In this document: one piece after another, positions 62,501 through 64,000 of the stretch
Layout: every line of letters starts with the position of its first letter
How positions within the stretch are numbered: position 1 is the stretch's first letter
Source: Auanema rhodensis
Taxonomy: Eukaryota > Animalia > Nematoda
Direction of reading: 5' to 3'
Assembly (NCBI GenBank): GCA_964057225.1
Contig: OZ059898.1
Coordinates: 14,508,001-14,572,000, forward strand
DNA: 64,000 nt
Position numbers and translations under genes: made by a program
Notes under the pieces: model-generated
Told to the model about the DNA's origin: nothing
Database searches by the model: none
The model's input: only the letters and a program-made list of their open reading frames with translations

Positions 62501-63257
62501 AAATACTTAATTAAACTTTTGTGAAATGATGCTGTATGCTCTTTGATGAACTCTTTTTGAATTTAGTGAATAGAAATAGAATCCGGATGGGTGTTCCCAA
62601 TACAATTGCGAAGATCAAAGACAGCTGCTAAAGTCTGGATCAAACGAGGAGGGAAGTGGAAGAAGAAGAAGACGGGAAAGTGAGGACAAGAATGAGATGA
62701 AGAGGGGATGAGATGAGTGAGATGAAGACGAACAGTTCAAGAATATAGAGAGATAAGACTATGAAAGTCAGAGAGACGATAGCAAAGCAAGATTGGAGAC
62801 AATTTGTGCTGAAAGTAAGGTCACAGAACAACAGAGAAGTGATACGATAGAGATTCGCATAGAGAAATACTTCACAATTTGAAAATATAAGAGAATGAGA
62901 AACATAAATGTTGAAAAAGTGAGAGATAAAGAGTAGGGGGAACTGGGATTCTTTACCTGAAGCTTTGTCAGTGAATCTGGCCTCTCACCCCCTCCTCCCC
63001 CCCGGCTTCCCGGCATGTCGCCTTGCCGTTTCCTGCTCCCCTCAACTCACCTCTCCCACATTCACACTATTGGGGCTCTCTCTCCTTTTCTCCTCCTTTT
63101 CTCTCTATATCACCACCTTCTTTCGTTCCATTCAAACTTGTCTATACTGGCTATCTATCCATATCACCTAATCCTTCCTCTCTTATTGAAACCACATTAC
63201 TATCTCTTTCAATTTTCTCTTTCTTTGCATTCTCTTCAAAGCCTATTATCATCAACG

Positions 63258-63291
<34 letters not shown>
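63258..63291. repeat. (TCA)n trinucleotide repeat
   Basis: Explains the poly-S and poly-I in ORFs 63015..63314 and 63023..63301. Confidence 0.9.
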
Positions 63292-63294
<3 letters not shown>

Positions 63295-64000
63295 CAGATG
63301 AAGTGAATTTTTGAACAATTGTTCAATCAATATGTATTGAAGGTTGCTTGACTAGCTGGCAAGTCAGTCACTCTGGCAGGTTACTCTTAGTCACAAAGTT
63401 TGATGATAAGGTACTACATGCCACAATGCAGCCATGCATCCTCCATAATCTCAAACATCCTCTATCTCTTTCATATTCTCTTTTTCTATAATTTTTAGTC
63501 TTTCTTTCTCTTTTCTCTATCTCTCTACAGCTGATTTTCAAGCAATACAGTTACAACATTTTGAACTTCAATCTTCAATATAAGCCCAAAATTATGTAAA
63601 AAATTAGATCAAAGTTAAAATCATTTTTGTGGCCATTGTGTATTGGCAATCTAGAGGTGCTGGTCTTCAACACCAGCTCGTCTTGGCCCACAACAGATAT
63701 ATCAAGCCAACATTGCTGACGTCAATTATGACGAGTGAAGATGAGCTAAACGGACTGGCAGAAGTAAGGATTAGCGAAAGCCCAGGAGGAAGATGTGAAT
63801 GATGACAGTGAGTCGGAAAAAAAGGTTACAATGATGAAAACGGTCAGAAAAAGCCGGAACTTGTGGTCTAATTATTGTTCAGAGGTGAGAATAGGCGGGG
63901 CTCTGATAGAATGATGCTCATGACACTTGTAGTATTCTCATATGTGGATTAGTAATACAGATAGATAGAGAGAGATAGATAGATAGATAGATAAAGAGAG

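Overview
AT-rich eukaryotic DNA from a nematode, most likely rhabditid. This rests on the many 45-60 nt introns, TTTCAG/TTTTAG acceptors, nematode-type tRNAs, serpentine chemoreceptors and a dyc-1/CAPON orthologue. All gene models were spliced by hand from GT..AG boundaries and frame continuity, so individual exon edges may be off. From left to right: (1) about 9 kb of microsatellite-rich non-coding DNA; (2) a secreted MAM-domain gene (8941-11428) with tRNA-Ser(AGA) and tRNA-Tyr(GTA) in its two longest introns; (3) a near-identical ~290-bp inverted repeat pair enclosing tRNA-Thr(AGT) and a chemoreceptor gene; (4) tRNA-Ser(GCT), a Tc1/mariner fragment, and a paralogous chemoreceptor with a GC-AG intron; (5) a CUP-4-like divergent Cys-loop channel, a Str-superfamily chemoreceptor and a decayed mariner; (6) a 10-kb head-to-tail array of four highly diverged paralogues that I cannot assign to a family, plus a small orphan gene; (7) dyc-1 on the minus strand with an internal short-isoform first exon; (8) about 9 kb of non-coding DNA upstream of dyc-1. 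The array at 31214-41238 is the best candidate for an undescribed system. Every intron I modelled in it is phase 0, and the N-terminal coiled coils are built from a variable number (1/4/0/3) of exactly 63-nt, three-heptad exons ahead of a shared ~200-aa domain with a F(F/L)(K/R)KL(T/S)G-x(Q/E)I(K/R) motif.
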